DNA of 64,000 nt, taken from assembly GCA_964188305.1 (NCBI GenBank), contig OZ076887.1. One strand, written 5' to 3'. The stretch is from Podarcis bocagei (Eukaryota). A program made the translations under genes and the position numbers. The notes beneath the pieces were generated by a model. The model ran no database searches. It saw nothing but the letters and a program-made list of their open reading frames with translations, and was not told where the DNA came from. Shown here piece by piece: positions 48,933-62,000 of this stretch (position 1 is the first letter of the stretch; each line of letters starts with the position of its first letter).

Positions 48933-51900
48933 GTGCCTGGAAAAGAACCTTAAATGGCACAAAGTTTAAGAATTGGCAAATTTATATGTCACTGTAGTGA
49001 AATGTGAGCTTTTAGGCAAGATGTTATTAAGAAGTTTCAAGAAGTAAGTTTCTGTGAGGAAAGTCTTTGTCAGTTAATAAAGAGTGTTGTACAATATTAG
49101 ACATCCTTCAACCTTCTTAAGCGGTTGTGGTCAAAAGAATAAACACTATTTGTGCAAGTGTTACTTAAATTGTATTTTTTATGTTGTGAAATGCCCTGAG
49201 ATCTATGGATGAAGGGTGGTATATTATTATTATTAAATTGGGTTGTGCATTTTAATAATTGTAAGGGTTTATTTGCAGAAGCATGAGCTGCAATGTTAAA
49301 TAACTTGGATCAGTTAATATCATTCCAGTGTCACAGACTAAGTTGACATTGGGTGATATGAATCTTCAAGCACAATGGGAAGGTTTATGTGCCATTTATC
49401 AAGTGCTAGGAAATCAAATTATCTATATGCACACGTGAACCAGCTGCAATTCAAAAGTAAAACCTATCTTGATTAGAATGTATGCTCACTTTTATTAAAA
49501 GTTCCTATGGGATTAATGACTCCCTTCTGCGAGTCCAAAATTGACAAATGGACCCATGATTTTGAAGCAGTAGCTGATTATACTCTGCCTATAAGAATTC
49601 AACCTGAGCTAAACTGTCACAATGTAGCAAGCTCCTGTTTCATTAGAAGCCCAATATCAAAATTACATTTATCAGTCCTTCTGCTAGTTACCACAGCTTT
49701 CTTAAATCCTGTGATGGATACTGGGAGTAACTAACCAAATTAACTTTTACTACTTTTTAAATATATAACCACAATTAATCTTAAATAGTATAATAACACC
49801 ACTTTAAAATGAATGTCTCACAGTGGGTAATAGTACCTGTTTCTCGAAAAGTAGAGTTAATAAGAATGTATCCTATTCAGATGCATACCTGTGGACAGGA
49901 ATTTTAGAAATGCATGAAGTTACACCAGGGGCAAGCAGTCCAGTGCCTGCAAGCCTTTGTTAGAATAGTAGGAATTATAACCTATTAAAATATTTAATTT
50001 AATTAAATATTAACTACTGTGATTTGTTTTCCTGCTGTTCACTCCCAAAGAGTCTTAGGACAATCAAAATGAAAAACCGTAACAATAAAATGTGTAAACA
50101 GAAAATAAGTTTAAAAGAAGCATAAACCATGCCACCACACACAAATGGTGAGAGGCCTAGATTAAGCAGAGTATTTCTGAAAACAACAGCCAAGAAGGAC
50201 CAGACTTCTTAGTTTTGAAATATAGCTCTGTGGCTTTCAACTCTGTGTCCTTGAGCCAAGGGGAAAAAGTTATAGAATATAGTGTGGTGAAATCATTCAT
50301 CTGTGAGACTAGTCTTCTGTATGGCTTACTGCTTTTCTGGACCACTTTTAGACCAACAAACAATAAAGGGCTTCATTTAAATTGTGCTAATATTGGATAG
50401 CAATGAAAAACGAATACCTGACATACACACAATTCACAAATCAGTGTTATTTCTACGATGACGCTGCTTACCAACACACTTCTTATTTTGTAATTTAAGC
50501 TTTTAATTTGTTATGAGCCTGCCTTGACAGGGTTAACCCTGAAAAGTGGCCTATAAATATACTGAAATGAAATTAATGAAACAGGGTGTCCTAGCAATGA
50601 GAGCTGAAGTGGATAAAAAAATTATAGAACACCAACAAAAGTGCAGAACAGTCCTTGAACCACATTCTTGGTTCTTTCAACAGAAAATAACATAATGGAT
50701 ATTTTTGAAGAACATTTACTTAACCTCTGCAAGTTGTGTCTCCTGGAGGTTCATACATTCATCATTTTGATCTTGATCATATAATGGCAAAACATTTCTT
50801 CCAATAAGAATGATGATACCAAATCTTGTCAGTGAAAAAGGATCATGTGTCAAGTTGATGAAGGTAAAAACGATATCACACATTGCTGCATCTTCCAGGT
50901 TTACAGTGTGTGGCTTGAGTATCTTTCAGGCATCCAGCTTTTGAACAATACGCTGCTTGTTATGACTCAGATGTCTTGCGTTTACTGGTTCATGCCCCAT
51001 AAACATAGATTTTATATAGCTGCTGCTTGATAGTTTAGGGCTCTGCAGGAATGCACTACTATAATTTTGCTCAGTGATGTCGTGGTCAGCAGCAGGTACT
51101 AGCATTTCACCCTTAACTTATTTTTTTTTCCTACAGCTTCCTTCTAGATGTGAAGGTAGCTCTGCATGTTTTGTGAAAATACACACTCAGACTTGGACTT
51201 CTATTCCAGTCCGTGTAATCATACCCACTTCCATATTTATCCACTCCACTCTACTAATATGCTTGATTTTACCCCATAAATCTATGAGATGGGCACTTCT
51301 ACCATTCTCACAATGTTCACCACAAAGACTGTGTTTGCATGTAACGCAAAGCCATAAATTATGTGCCTGAACAGTGTGTTGCTGCATACACCCCAACCTC
51401 TCCTGCTTTGCACCCCCCCTTTGTGTGAGGGGCTCTGCATATCACAAAGATATGACACACAGATCTGGGATTGTGGGTTGCTAGGTTTTAACAAACCGCG
51501 GTTGCTAAGCCAAAATCAAACCATGGTTTAGGGCTGGTTGCCTGTTGTGATTTGTTAAGATGGAACAAAGCACGATCCCGCTGCTTGAACTTCATATTAA
51601 GCTACCCACTGCATAGTTTGATTACCGGCTCATAAGAAGGGAGAAACAAATGGGAGCATTACTAAACCATAGTTTATGGCTTAACACATTTTGCAAACAT
51701 GACTTGAATCCATAAACAATTTTTGTGGTCTGCGTATATTTCAATTAATCAATGATATTATATACTTTGTCATTAGTTTTATACTGGGCACTGCAAGCTT
51801 AAGCATGCCTCACTCTTCATAGGACTCTGACATTTCAGAATGGATTAAAAAAAAAGCATGTCTGCAGGTGAATTAAAATAATACTTTTAAAAAAATGGTA

Positions 51901-54139
51901 AATTAAGCCAGAACTCATTCAAATGAATGTAAAGGAAAATGCATTAGAAACCGAACACCACCTTTATTTTGGATGCAAATGGTTGGGAGAATGCCAGTAT
52001 TTCTGTAGCTCTTTTTTTTTAAAAAAAAATGACCGCCCAATACTATCAAATGAAATACTTCCCATTCATTTTCTACAGTTGGAACTAGTCAAGAATTTAG
52101 GTTATAGCTTTATGGATCAGCTTTCTTTATTTCTTGTGCTTGTCTGTTTCCTTAGTGACCATTCTCATTTGCTTTTCTGGATAATGTGCTTGTTGTAAGG
52201 GTCCCTGGGGCGCATTCATTTAGAATGGCTGTATAAGGTAAGTTAGTGATCCTTGAAGTTCACTCAGAGGGCATCATGTAAACAGAGAACACTGTCTCTC
52301 AACCTTTTCAAAGCCTTCTGTTAGCCAGCCTTGAACAGGTTTGTCACCTTTTGCTTTTTCATCTTTGTTTCTAAAACAGCTAAACGGTTTATACCACAGG
52401 GCAGTAGAAAAAATGAGGTTTGTAAATGCTTTGAGGAGATTGAAAGACACAAAATGTTAATGCACTTCCATACTATCAGTTTTTATAACAGAGCTACTGT
52501 TATGGTTAACCTGTTTTCCCCCGTGCCTTGCTGAAATGTTGATAATTGAAAGCTTTATAATGAGAGATTTCATTTGATCCTAGAGTTTTGCTCGATGGGC
52601 AGAGCAACCCTATGGCCTATTTAAGAGGGCTGTCACTATATTGGAATTTAGATTGACATAACTAATTTGGGTCCTAAACTCTCCCAGCAGTAGTGTCAAA
52701 AGTACAAATATAGGAGAAAAAGTGGCAATATAAAAATGCCAACCACTCTCATAGCATGCCTTATAACTCTGTTGCCACCCACCAAACAGTGTTGCTCCCA
52801 ATGTTGCCACCACATTAGTCATATTTTTCAGGGCCAGACAAAGAAGGAATAATGGTCCAGTGGTTAGGACGCCTGCACATCAGACCCAGAGATTATAGGC
52901 TTCACAGAAGAAAGGGTCAAATATTGGTGCACTACCAGTTATTCCACACAGATTATGTGCGTGTAACTCCAAGCAACACAAATGCAGGCATAAGTTTGAG
53001 TTGCGCACCCAGGCCCTGTGAACACCCTGCTTCCCGGGCATCAACAATTAAATGATCATACGTAACAACATTCTTTGGTTCAAATTAGATCACAAATTAT
53101 TGATTACAGATGTAAGTGGCTTTGACTTAGGCATTGGGCATAACTGGTATCAATAGTCCACTTGCGAGTTGATTCTCCAAGGGGTTGAACTTCCTTCAGG
53201 AGAGGCTATTGCATCTCCCAATGGCTGAGGTCCCGGCAGGGAGTCAGCAGAGGCAACGGGATGTCACCATGCCACAACACAGCACTACCAATTAAATTGT
53301 AACTGTATTGTGCTTATGCTTAGTGTTTAGTAGCAATCCTATTCTTGGGCAACCAGCATAATTTGAGGATAGGATTGCAGTGTTAATTGAATTTGAGTTA
53401 AACTTGAATAGGCATTTCTGCCATTAAAAAAAAAAAAGATTATGTGAAACAGATTTTTAATTAGATGAAAGAATGGCTTTTAGGAGGTATACAAAGTCCT
53501 TATTAACCAAATAAGAGAGAATGTTTTTCATAAACTGTGTAGCTCTGGTTATCAGCTAGATCAGGGTTGGGGAACCTATGGCCCTCCAGATGGTGTGGGT
53601 CTCCCAACTTCCACCATCCTGCTTTTGTACTGTGGTCCTCCTTGGGGGCTTCCCATAGGCATCTGGTTAACTTTTGTGAAAACAGAATGCTGGACTAGAT
53701 GGGCCTTTGACCTTATCCAGCAGGGTTTTTCTTTTGTTCCTATCCCTGGTCATGTTGGTTGGGGCTGATGGGCATCCAACAAAATCTGGAGGACCACAGG
53801 TTCCCCATCCTTGATCTAGATTGACTAACTTAAGACAAATTCAGCATGATGACATTGTGTCATTGCCATCTTACCTACATTGCTCCTGTACTTGCTCCCC
53901 ACACTTCTAGTTTTGGGTTGCCATCCTATCCCACACCCGCCCACACAGCTCCAACATTCCTGTGTCCTTGTAGTGTGTATTGCATTACATTACTTTCATG
54001 GTTATAAAGATGTCAACAATAGCTGCTAGCTTGCAATTACCTCGGTGTGAGACATTTTCAATTTGAATAATTGCTTTTGAGCATTAAAGCGCTATATTGT
54101 AAGTGGTTAAATTTTCATGACTTTTTTTTTTAACCAAAG

Positions 54140-54315
54140 GTTCTGAAGAAAAAACACTTGAAGAATGTTCACCTTTCGCAAGTATCAGTAAGGAGATTTG
54201 CTTCATTCAGTCTCTTCTCAGTAACAGAAGAGGAGAGCAGGGTGGCAGAAGATGACCAAGGAACCTGGCTTCAATACAAAAGCATCTATTATCCTGAATA
54301 CAGTATATCCTTGAA
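54140..54315 (+). CDS. CAMKMT: CAMKMT exon 2
   Basis: caaag|GTT and AA|gtaagt; 176 bp; VLKKKHL...[16 protein letters not shown]...[16 protein letters not shown]. The rest of the gene is beyond the window. Confidence 0.92.
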
Positions 54316-56530
54316 GTAAGTCTTCTTCTGTTTTTGCAGGTACTGTCTATTCCTGCCACATGTCACTTTTGATTGCCCCTTTTCAATTTTCATTTTTAGT
54401 AGTTTAAATAATTTAGGCACATCTTAAGATTTGATGGAGCCATTATATGAATTTCAATATTCAGTTGCATTTGCTTTGTCCAGTTCAATATGCATTGTTG
54501 TGGTCTAAACCACCGAGCTCCCGTTGTTCTATCCCATCTCCTCCAACTTAGAAGATAGAAAGCATACCAGTGCAAGTAGATAAATAGGTACTGCTGGCAC
54601 ATGTGTACCTTCCCGCCACAGCAGTACCTATTTATCTACTTGCACTGGTATGCTTTCTAACTTCTTGCACTGGTTACATTCTCATATGTGCCACAAAACA
54701 CGTATTTGAGCTGATTTTTGTGTTTATGCAGGAGAGAATTTGAAACAGTGTACTTGGAACTATAATGGGGAAAGTGACTTGGGAGTGGTTTGGAGGATTT
54801 CAAGGGGGAAAGTAGCACACTCAGTGGGAGTGCTGAACTGCTTGCCTTTATGCTACCTCCAGCAATCTCTCCCACATGGCATTTCTCCCAACTGGCACAT
54901 TTCTGGTCTTGGAGTCTAGTTGGGACCATAGTGGCTGGAGGAAGGGGCATGGAAGATATCACCCTTGCCCACTTATTATTTTTTCACCTGAAATGGATCC
55001 CTCTGAGCAGTTTAATGACAATCTGAGTTTAGCTACACTTGTCTGCTGCAATCATTTTAGTCCCACTCTTGGTACTACCATCAGGATTACAATCCATCTC
55101 CTCATCTTGTCTTCATGGCATTTTTTATATTAATATATTTTTCCATAATCCAGCTTTCTCTCATAGTAAACTGGCTATCGGAAAATGTCAGAATACATTT
55201 GATGGCCAAACAGAGAGATGTTCTCAGCAAGGAGAATTTGAGCATGCTGTGGAATCCCACTGAAACTTCTGATGCAACAGCTCGCAAAAAGCAGCTATAA
55301 AACCCTGCGGGAACTATTACTGTACAAGATTTTGACAGTCCTGATAAAGCACTTGATAAATGAGTTACCAAAGTTAGATTTATAGTTTTCTTTCTATCAT
55401 TTATTTGACTCCACACACTTCTGAAGCTTGTACTTCATAGCAGGACAGCAGTAGCTTACACAACCTGAAGGCTATACTTTTTTCCTGTAGCCCCTTATTA
55501 AGCCTGCTGTGGATGCTGAGTTTTATATTTCCTGCCTAGAAGGTATTGTTCCGGAGGATCTGACTGAGTTTACACAACTTAGAAATCATTGAATGGCACC
55601 AGTTCTTAGTGGAAAAGGACACACACATATAAAGTTTAATTTAAAGTACATCTTATTAAATATTAGCCGAAGTTGCCCAGGAATTGGAAGAACCTCCCAA
55701 CTATTGAAATTTATAAATGGATAATGTAATTTTACAGCTTTATACACACCCTGATCTAGGGCCCTGATCTGACCTGAGAATACCTGATTTGTACGCAGCT
55801 CAGAATTGATTCAGAGTTCAATGTTTTATTAAAGTTTAAAAAATCCTATATAATCAGGAGCGAGGGAGGAGAAGGACCTCCTGTCCACACTGCAGAGACC
55901 AGGAGAAATCAGTCCTGCTGGGTGCTGCTTTGCAAACACATACCCTGCAGGAAACATATTGGTGAAGCAGACCCTTGCAGCCAGGACAACTGAACCCTTG
56001 GCGCACAATTCCTGCAGCGCTGCTGCATGTGCTTAGCTGCTGTGCCAGGTCTGCTTGGACTCACCCTTCTGCCGTCCCTGCTTTTCACATCATAGCCCTC
56101 AGTGTGTCCTGCCTAAGTGTGGTTCAGGCTCCAGCTGCCCTGCCGCCTCCTACTCCTTTACTGTAGCTTATCTGGCTGCCATGGCTGCTGCATTGTGGTA
56201 AATGCACCCACTACTACTTTGAATCCACATGGCAGACTGAACCATTCCAATCTGCTCCAGTTTGGGTGCCTCTGAAGATATTATTGTCTAATTGGTGTGG
56301 TGATGTCAAACTGCTGATTTGGATGCCTCTGGAGAGATCATTACACTTTTTTGAATAGTGGTTGCTTTGTCTATGTTTATGAATGGTTGGATGCCATTTT
56401 GAATCAAGATGGTAGACCAAATCTTTCATAATTGCGAATTTTAGCAACTGATTCAAAAGTGCACTTCCCCCACCAGAGCAACGCTGGGTACATGGTTGCT
56501 AGTTTTTAATATTGCACACTTTTAACATTA

Positions 56531-56966
56531 CAGTGGAACCTCGGGTTATGGTGGGGATCCATCCCGGAGGCCCCGCCACAATCCAAAAATGACAAACCCA
56601 AAGTGTTGCGTCTGTGCACGCGTGCGTGTGATTTAGCATCTCTGAAGGAGCGTCTCCACCTGCATCGTTCTGCCCGGACACTGAGGTCCAGCGCCGAGGG
56701 CCTTCTGGCGGTTCCCTCGCTGCTAGAAGCCAGGTTACAGGGAACCAGGCAGAGGGCCTTCTCAGTAGTGGCACCCGCCCTGTGGAACGGCCTCCCACCA
56801 GATGTCAAAGAGAAAAATAACTACCAAACTTTTAGAAGACATCTTAAGGCAGCCCTGTTTAGGGAAGCTTTTAATGTTTAATAGGTTATTGTATTTTAGT
56901 GTTCTGTTGGAAGCTGCCCAGAGTGGCTGGGGAAGCCCAGCCAGATGGGTGGGGTATAAATAATAA

Positions 56967-56998
<32 letters not shown>

Positions 56999-57150
56999 GC
57001 TTCTGCGAATGTGCAGACGCGATTTAGCGCTTGCTTCTGCGCGTGCGCGAACGCCGTGGACCCTTAACCTGTTCCGGTACTTCTGGGTTTGCGCCGGTCT
57101 CAAGCTGAGGGTGACGTAAACTGGAATCAACTTAATCCAAGGCTCCACTG
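56531..57150. mobile_element. Tigger-like MITE with a nested L2-like 3' fragment (56641-56997)
   Basis: TIR CAGTGGA(A/G)CCT with TA flanks; the nested LINE fragment ends in (ATT)n. Confidence 0.78.
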
Positions 57151-59047
57151 TACTCAGTTCTATCATTCTTACAACTTACGAGTGAAGAACTGTTCCTTGT
57201 GATAATAACTCCCAGGTTTGGAGCATGGTTCTTCTTTATGCTAACGTTCCCTAGGATAAAGCAGATTTTACACAGAAACTTGATAAAGGCAGCTTTGAGT
57301 TTTCCCATGTCCCAGGATTGTTTCGCAAAGAGCCCATTGAGCATCTCAAGGCTGTCAGGAATTATCTTGACAAGGCTAAATACTATAGAAAGTTCACAAG
57401 GTTGTCTGTGGCTCATGGCAAAAAGTCTAAAGGGCAAGCTGTATCAGTTCAAGGGCTATCAACATGGATCAACTTGTGTATTCAGATATGCTATGAACCA
57501 AGCTGGAGTTGCTGCACTAGGCTTAAAGATAGTTTTGCAAGGCAAGTGGCATCTTTTATTGTATGCTGGTTGTCATGACCTTCCAAATGTCTGACTTGAA
57601 CATTAGAACTGAGAAATGTGCAGATCTGAGACCAAGTCCAAAGTAGATGTTCAGTTAGCGATAAACACTAATACACTCAAGGTCATAAGAAGTTCCAAAT
57701 TCTGAAAATTATCAAGCTTTAGCCATATGTGAGATTCACAGCAGGACTATAGCCAACATTTGTTCATTGTTCCTTAACCTCCTTCGGACTACCAGCACTG
57801 CTACATTACCCGCAAGCACCGGCAGAGGAAGAGGAGTGCGGGGGGAGCGTACCACCCCCGGCAGTGCCATCCCGGTGGGGTGCCATCGCAGCTGCCCACC
57901 CGCCTGCGGTGGGTGCCACACCCCTGCGGGCAGTGCGCCACGCCCACACCTGCTCTCCGCCCCTCTGTGTCAGAGCATGAAGCTCCGCCACTGCCTGCAA
58001 GGGGACCAGAAGCCTGTTTGTAAATAGCTTCACTATGATTGATAGACTTAAACCTCCCCCCCCATATACCTTTTCCTTCCTGGCGGCTTTTAAAATCAGC
58101 TGTTGGGGTTCTTGAGTGTGCGTCTGCCAGACTCAAAGCAATATTTCTCCCCTCGCATGTCCATATTGTTTGGCTTCACACTTTGTGCACACGTCAGTGG
58201 GTATCTGAATGAGGCAAGCAATCTGCCAGTTCCCTTGAGAGGGACGGGGAGGTTAATTGTTTCCTCATCCCCATAACTAAAATTAAACGCTCAGAACCTT
58301 GGTAACAGCCTTGCCCTGAGATTAGAGGCAGGAGGACTAGTGGTAGCAAATTTCAATTTGGAGATCCTGGAGCTATTTCTGGTCCCTACTCAGGGAAGGA
58401 GGGCGCTTGCAGTTCTGTCTCACAATTCCAATACAGATCCTTGGAAGACCACATTGATATACCCTTCCATTGTGAGAAATGTATTATCGTTCCTTCTTCC
58501 TATTCTTTAACCACTTACTAATCCATAAGAGGGCCTCCTCTTATCTTATGACCACTCTCCTATGTTTTCTCATTAATTAAAATATTGGAAAAAAACATTA
58601 GCACAGCACTAATGGTGGTAGTCTCTTCCCTTGATGGCTCTGGAGAATTGTGATAACTCAAGTGCCCATGGAAGAGGTTTTAGAAGGAGTTTATTGTTAT
58701 TAAAAGGTTTGCTAACCTGCACTTCATCAATACAGATGCCAAGGTGGGATACAGCAAACAATATAATAACCAATTCCAAACATGAGCAACAGTGAAACAT
58801 TAAAACAAATCCATCCAAATAAACATAACCAGTAATATAGGGGAAGCTAAAAGAAAAACCAAGGTAGGATAATAAGGACTGACAAAACCCGGGACCAGGA
58901 GGAAGGGACGCTGGATGAAGATTGGATTGTTTTTATTTCTTTTTTTTACTACTAGGATTGTTTTATAAAATTGATGAATTTTTTTTATAAGATATTTATT
59001 GAGATTTTCAAAATATTACAAAATAAAAATAAAAAAGAAGAAAATAC

Positions 59048-62000
59048 AACTTCCGGAGGCGGCGCGAACAGCAATGGCGGTCCTCTTCAGCTGCTGAAGG
59101 GGAAGCTCCGCGGAAACGGGTCGTCCGCTACGGCGAAGCGGAGACCCACGTCGGAAAACCACAGGCAGAGTGAGCCTGTGGCCGTGGGACTCGGCGGGCA
59201 CCAAAAGCGCCCCCAGAAACGTAGAAGGGACCCCGTAAGGGGTCTCGGAACGTAGAAGGGTGTGCGGTGCTTTGAGTCGATCGCTCTTTCCGTGAGGGCA
59301 AAGCCGCATAGCTGCTGTCGGTGAGCGCTGACCTTTTTTCCTGGATTATTGGATTTGGAAACAGCAACCCGTGAGTAAAAGGGACTTAAAACAACCGAAA
59401 ATTAACTTTTAAAATTTGGACAAAGCGGGAGATGCAACCAGGAAGTCCGTCTCCCTCTTCCGCTAAACTTTAAAGCAACGTCTTTGAACTGATGCCTATG
59501 AAATAAGAGTTTAAAGTTATAACTTCATGCACGATCTGATCGGTCGCTATAGGAATTAAGGGCTTTAAATTTTCTTCTATTTTGGACGCTGGCTCTGTTT
59601 CTCCTCTCCCTGTGGATTTACAATTTTATAAAAGAAACCCAGGTACTGGGCTGCTGAATTACCGGAGCTGTCAGCTGTTGGACTCGGTTACTGTTATAGT
59701 GAACTGTTACATCTGAGTGTCTTTGGACTAGCTACTTTGAAATACTTTTCTTTGCACCCTTTTTGAAACATCGTTGAAGCAAGGATTTACTCTGCTGACT
59801 TTAAGGAAGAGTTGAAGTTCTTTTTTGTTAACTTTCTGGCTGGTGGGACATTATATATTGAGGGAAACTTTCAAACTCTGGATTTAAACTTTTGGGAAAA
59901 AATTTCTTTGTCTTTCTCAAGACCTGCTCTTACTGCCCCTAGTGGATCTTTGGATTTACAATCGTCTGTGACTGGTATTTTTCCTCTTCCTTCCTTTAAC
60001 TTTTTGTTTACTCTCTGGGTCTGTGGTTCCCATGGGACTATATAGAATCTGACCTTGGCACGTAGACGGGAGTGGAATGAGTGGCACTGGAAAAACAAGA
60101 GCGGCCAAAGCGAAAGCTAAACAACTCACTCAATCAACATTCACTTCCCAGCTGCGCAGATCATCGGTTCCCACGGTTTTGGGAACACAAGAAGCAGAAA
60201 TTGAGGTGACCTCACTAGAAGGCATGGCAGCTGGAGGAGATGACTCAGTACTAGATAAAATCTTGCAGAAACTGGAAATACTGGACAAGAAAGCGGATGT
60301 ACAAGCTGCTAAGACTGACCAAAACACTGCCAGCCTTAACAAACTGAACAAGTTACCTTACATACACAATCAATTGGGAAACTTTTTGAAGCAACTTCTG
60401 AGAATCGTAAATTGGCGGAAACGGCCAGCCAGAAAGTGGAAGCATGAAGGAGGAAGTTAGACCACTACACAAACAGGTTGGGGAACATCAGGCCTACCTG
60501 TCTATGGTTGAACTACGTTCCAGGGAGAACAATCTGAGGCTGAGATCAATTCCAGAATTTGAACAGGGGAACCTGACGGACTACTTGACAAAAGAATTTG
60601 CTAAGTTCTGGAATTTGGAGGAAAATAAGGACTTTAGAATTTTGACCGCCTTCAGATTGGGAGGAATAGTGAAGAAGGACAGACCCAGAGACTGCCTAAT
60701 CACCTTGAGATCTAAGGAGGAAAGGGATAAGATACTAGGCCTACATTACGAAAAATACCTTTTAATTCAGGGCACGAGAGCTGAAATTTATAAAGATATC
60801 CCAAAACAACTTTTGGAGCTTAGAGCCTTTTATACAGATCTGACAAAGCTTCTCAAAGGGAACAAAATTCCCTTTAGGTGGGAATTTCCACAAGGACTAT
60901 CTTTTACCTTCAGAGGGAAGAAGGTGAAAATCAAAACACCAGCAGAAAAAGATAAGTTTTTGAAAGACTACGAAGAAGACCTTCAGAAAGGAACTACAGG
61001 GCCTGATTCCTGGCCACCGCCGCAACCTGCACCTACACCTTTGGGATCAATTGACCAAGAGAAAGAAACACCATCACTTACTGAATAACATATTGGTCCA
61101 GGATGTCTCTGCAACTTCTCAGCTGGAACATTAATGGCGGGAATTCCCCGGAAAAAAGAAGAAGAATATTTCATATACTAAAGAAAGAGCAATTGGACAT
61201 TATTTGCTTGCAGGAAACACATGTGACTAGACTCCACAGGAAAGTGTTAATTAACAAAAGATTAGGCCAAGAATTCATTTCATCAGACCGAGTAAAAAAG
61301 AGAGGAGTGGTGATCTATGCAAAGGAGAGTCTTTCACCAAAATTTCTCTTTAAAGATGAGCAAGGAAGAATTATGGCAATTGAAATACAAACTCAGGGTG
61401 AAAATTTTTTGATGCTGGGAATCTACGCTCCGAATGAAGGAAAATCGGAATTTTACAAGAAGCTGCATGAGACAATGCTGGACTATATGGACTATAGTAA
61501 CATCATTATGATGGGAGATATGAATGGGGTGGTGTCTACAAATATGGACAAGTCACAAAGCCAAAACGTTACAAAAGACGGCAGACTACCTAAAACCTTT
61601 TTTGAACTAACTGACAATATGGACTTGATTGATATATGGAGGACAAAAAACCCCCTAGGAAGAGAAGGAACATTCTTTTCTGAAGCCCAACTGACATGGA
61701 TAAGAATCGACCAAATTTGGATAACTAGAGGTCTGGCACCTAAGATCAGGAAAGTGGAAATCTGCCCAAAGACCGTCTCCGACCATAACGCAGTAAAGAT
61801 GGATATGAGACTAACTACAACCGGTTCCTTTAGATGGAGGATGAATGACAACCTGTTTAGAGATCAGGAGATTACCAAAAAGGCCCAAAAAGTTTTGAAG
61901 GAGTATTTTGAGATAAATTTGAACACTACGGTTGAAAAAAGAGTAATCTGGGACGCAAGCAAAGCTGTGATGAGAGGGTTCCTGATACAACAGAACTCCA

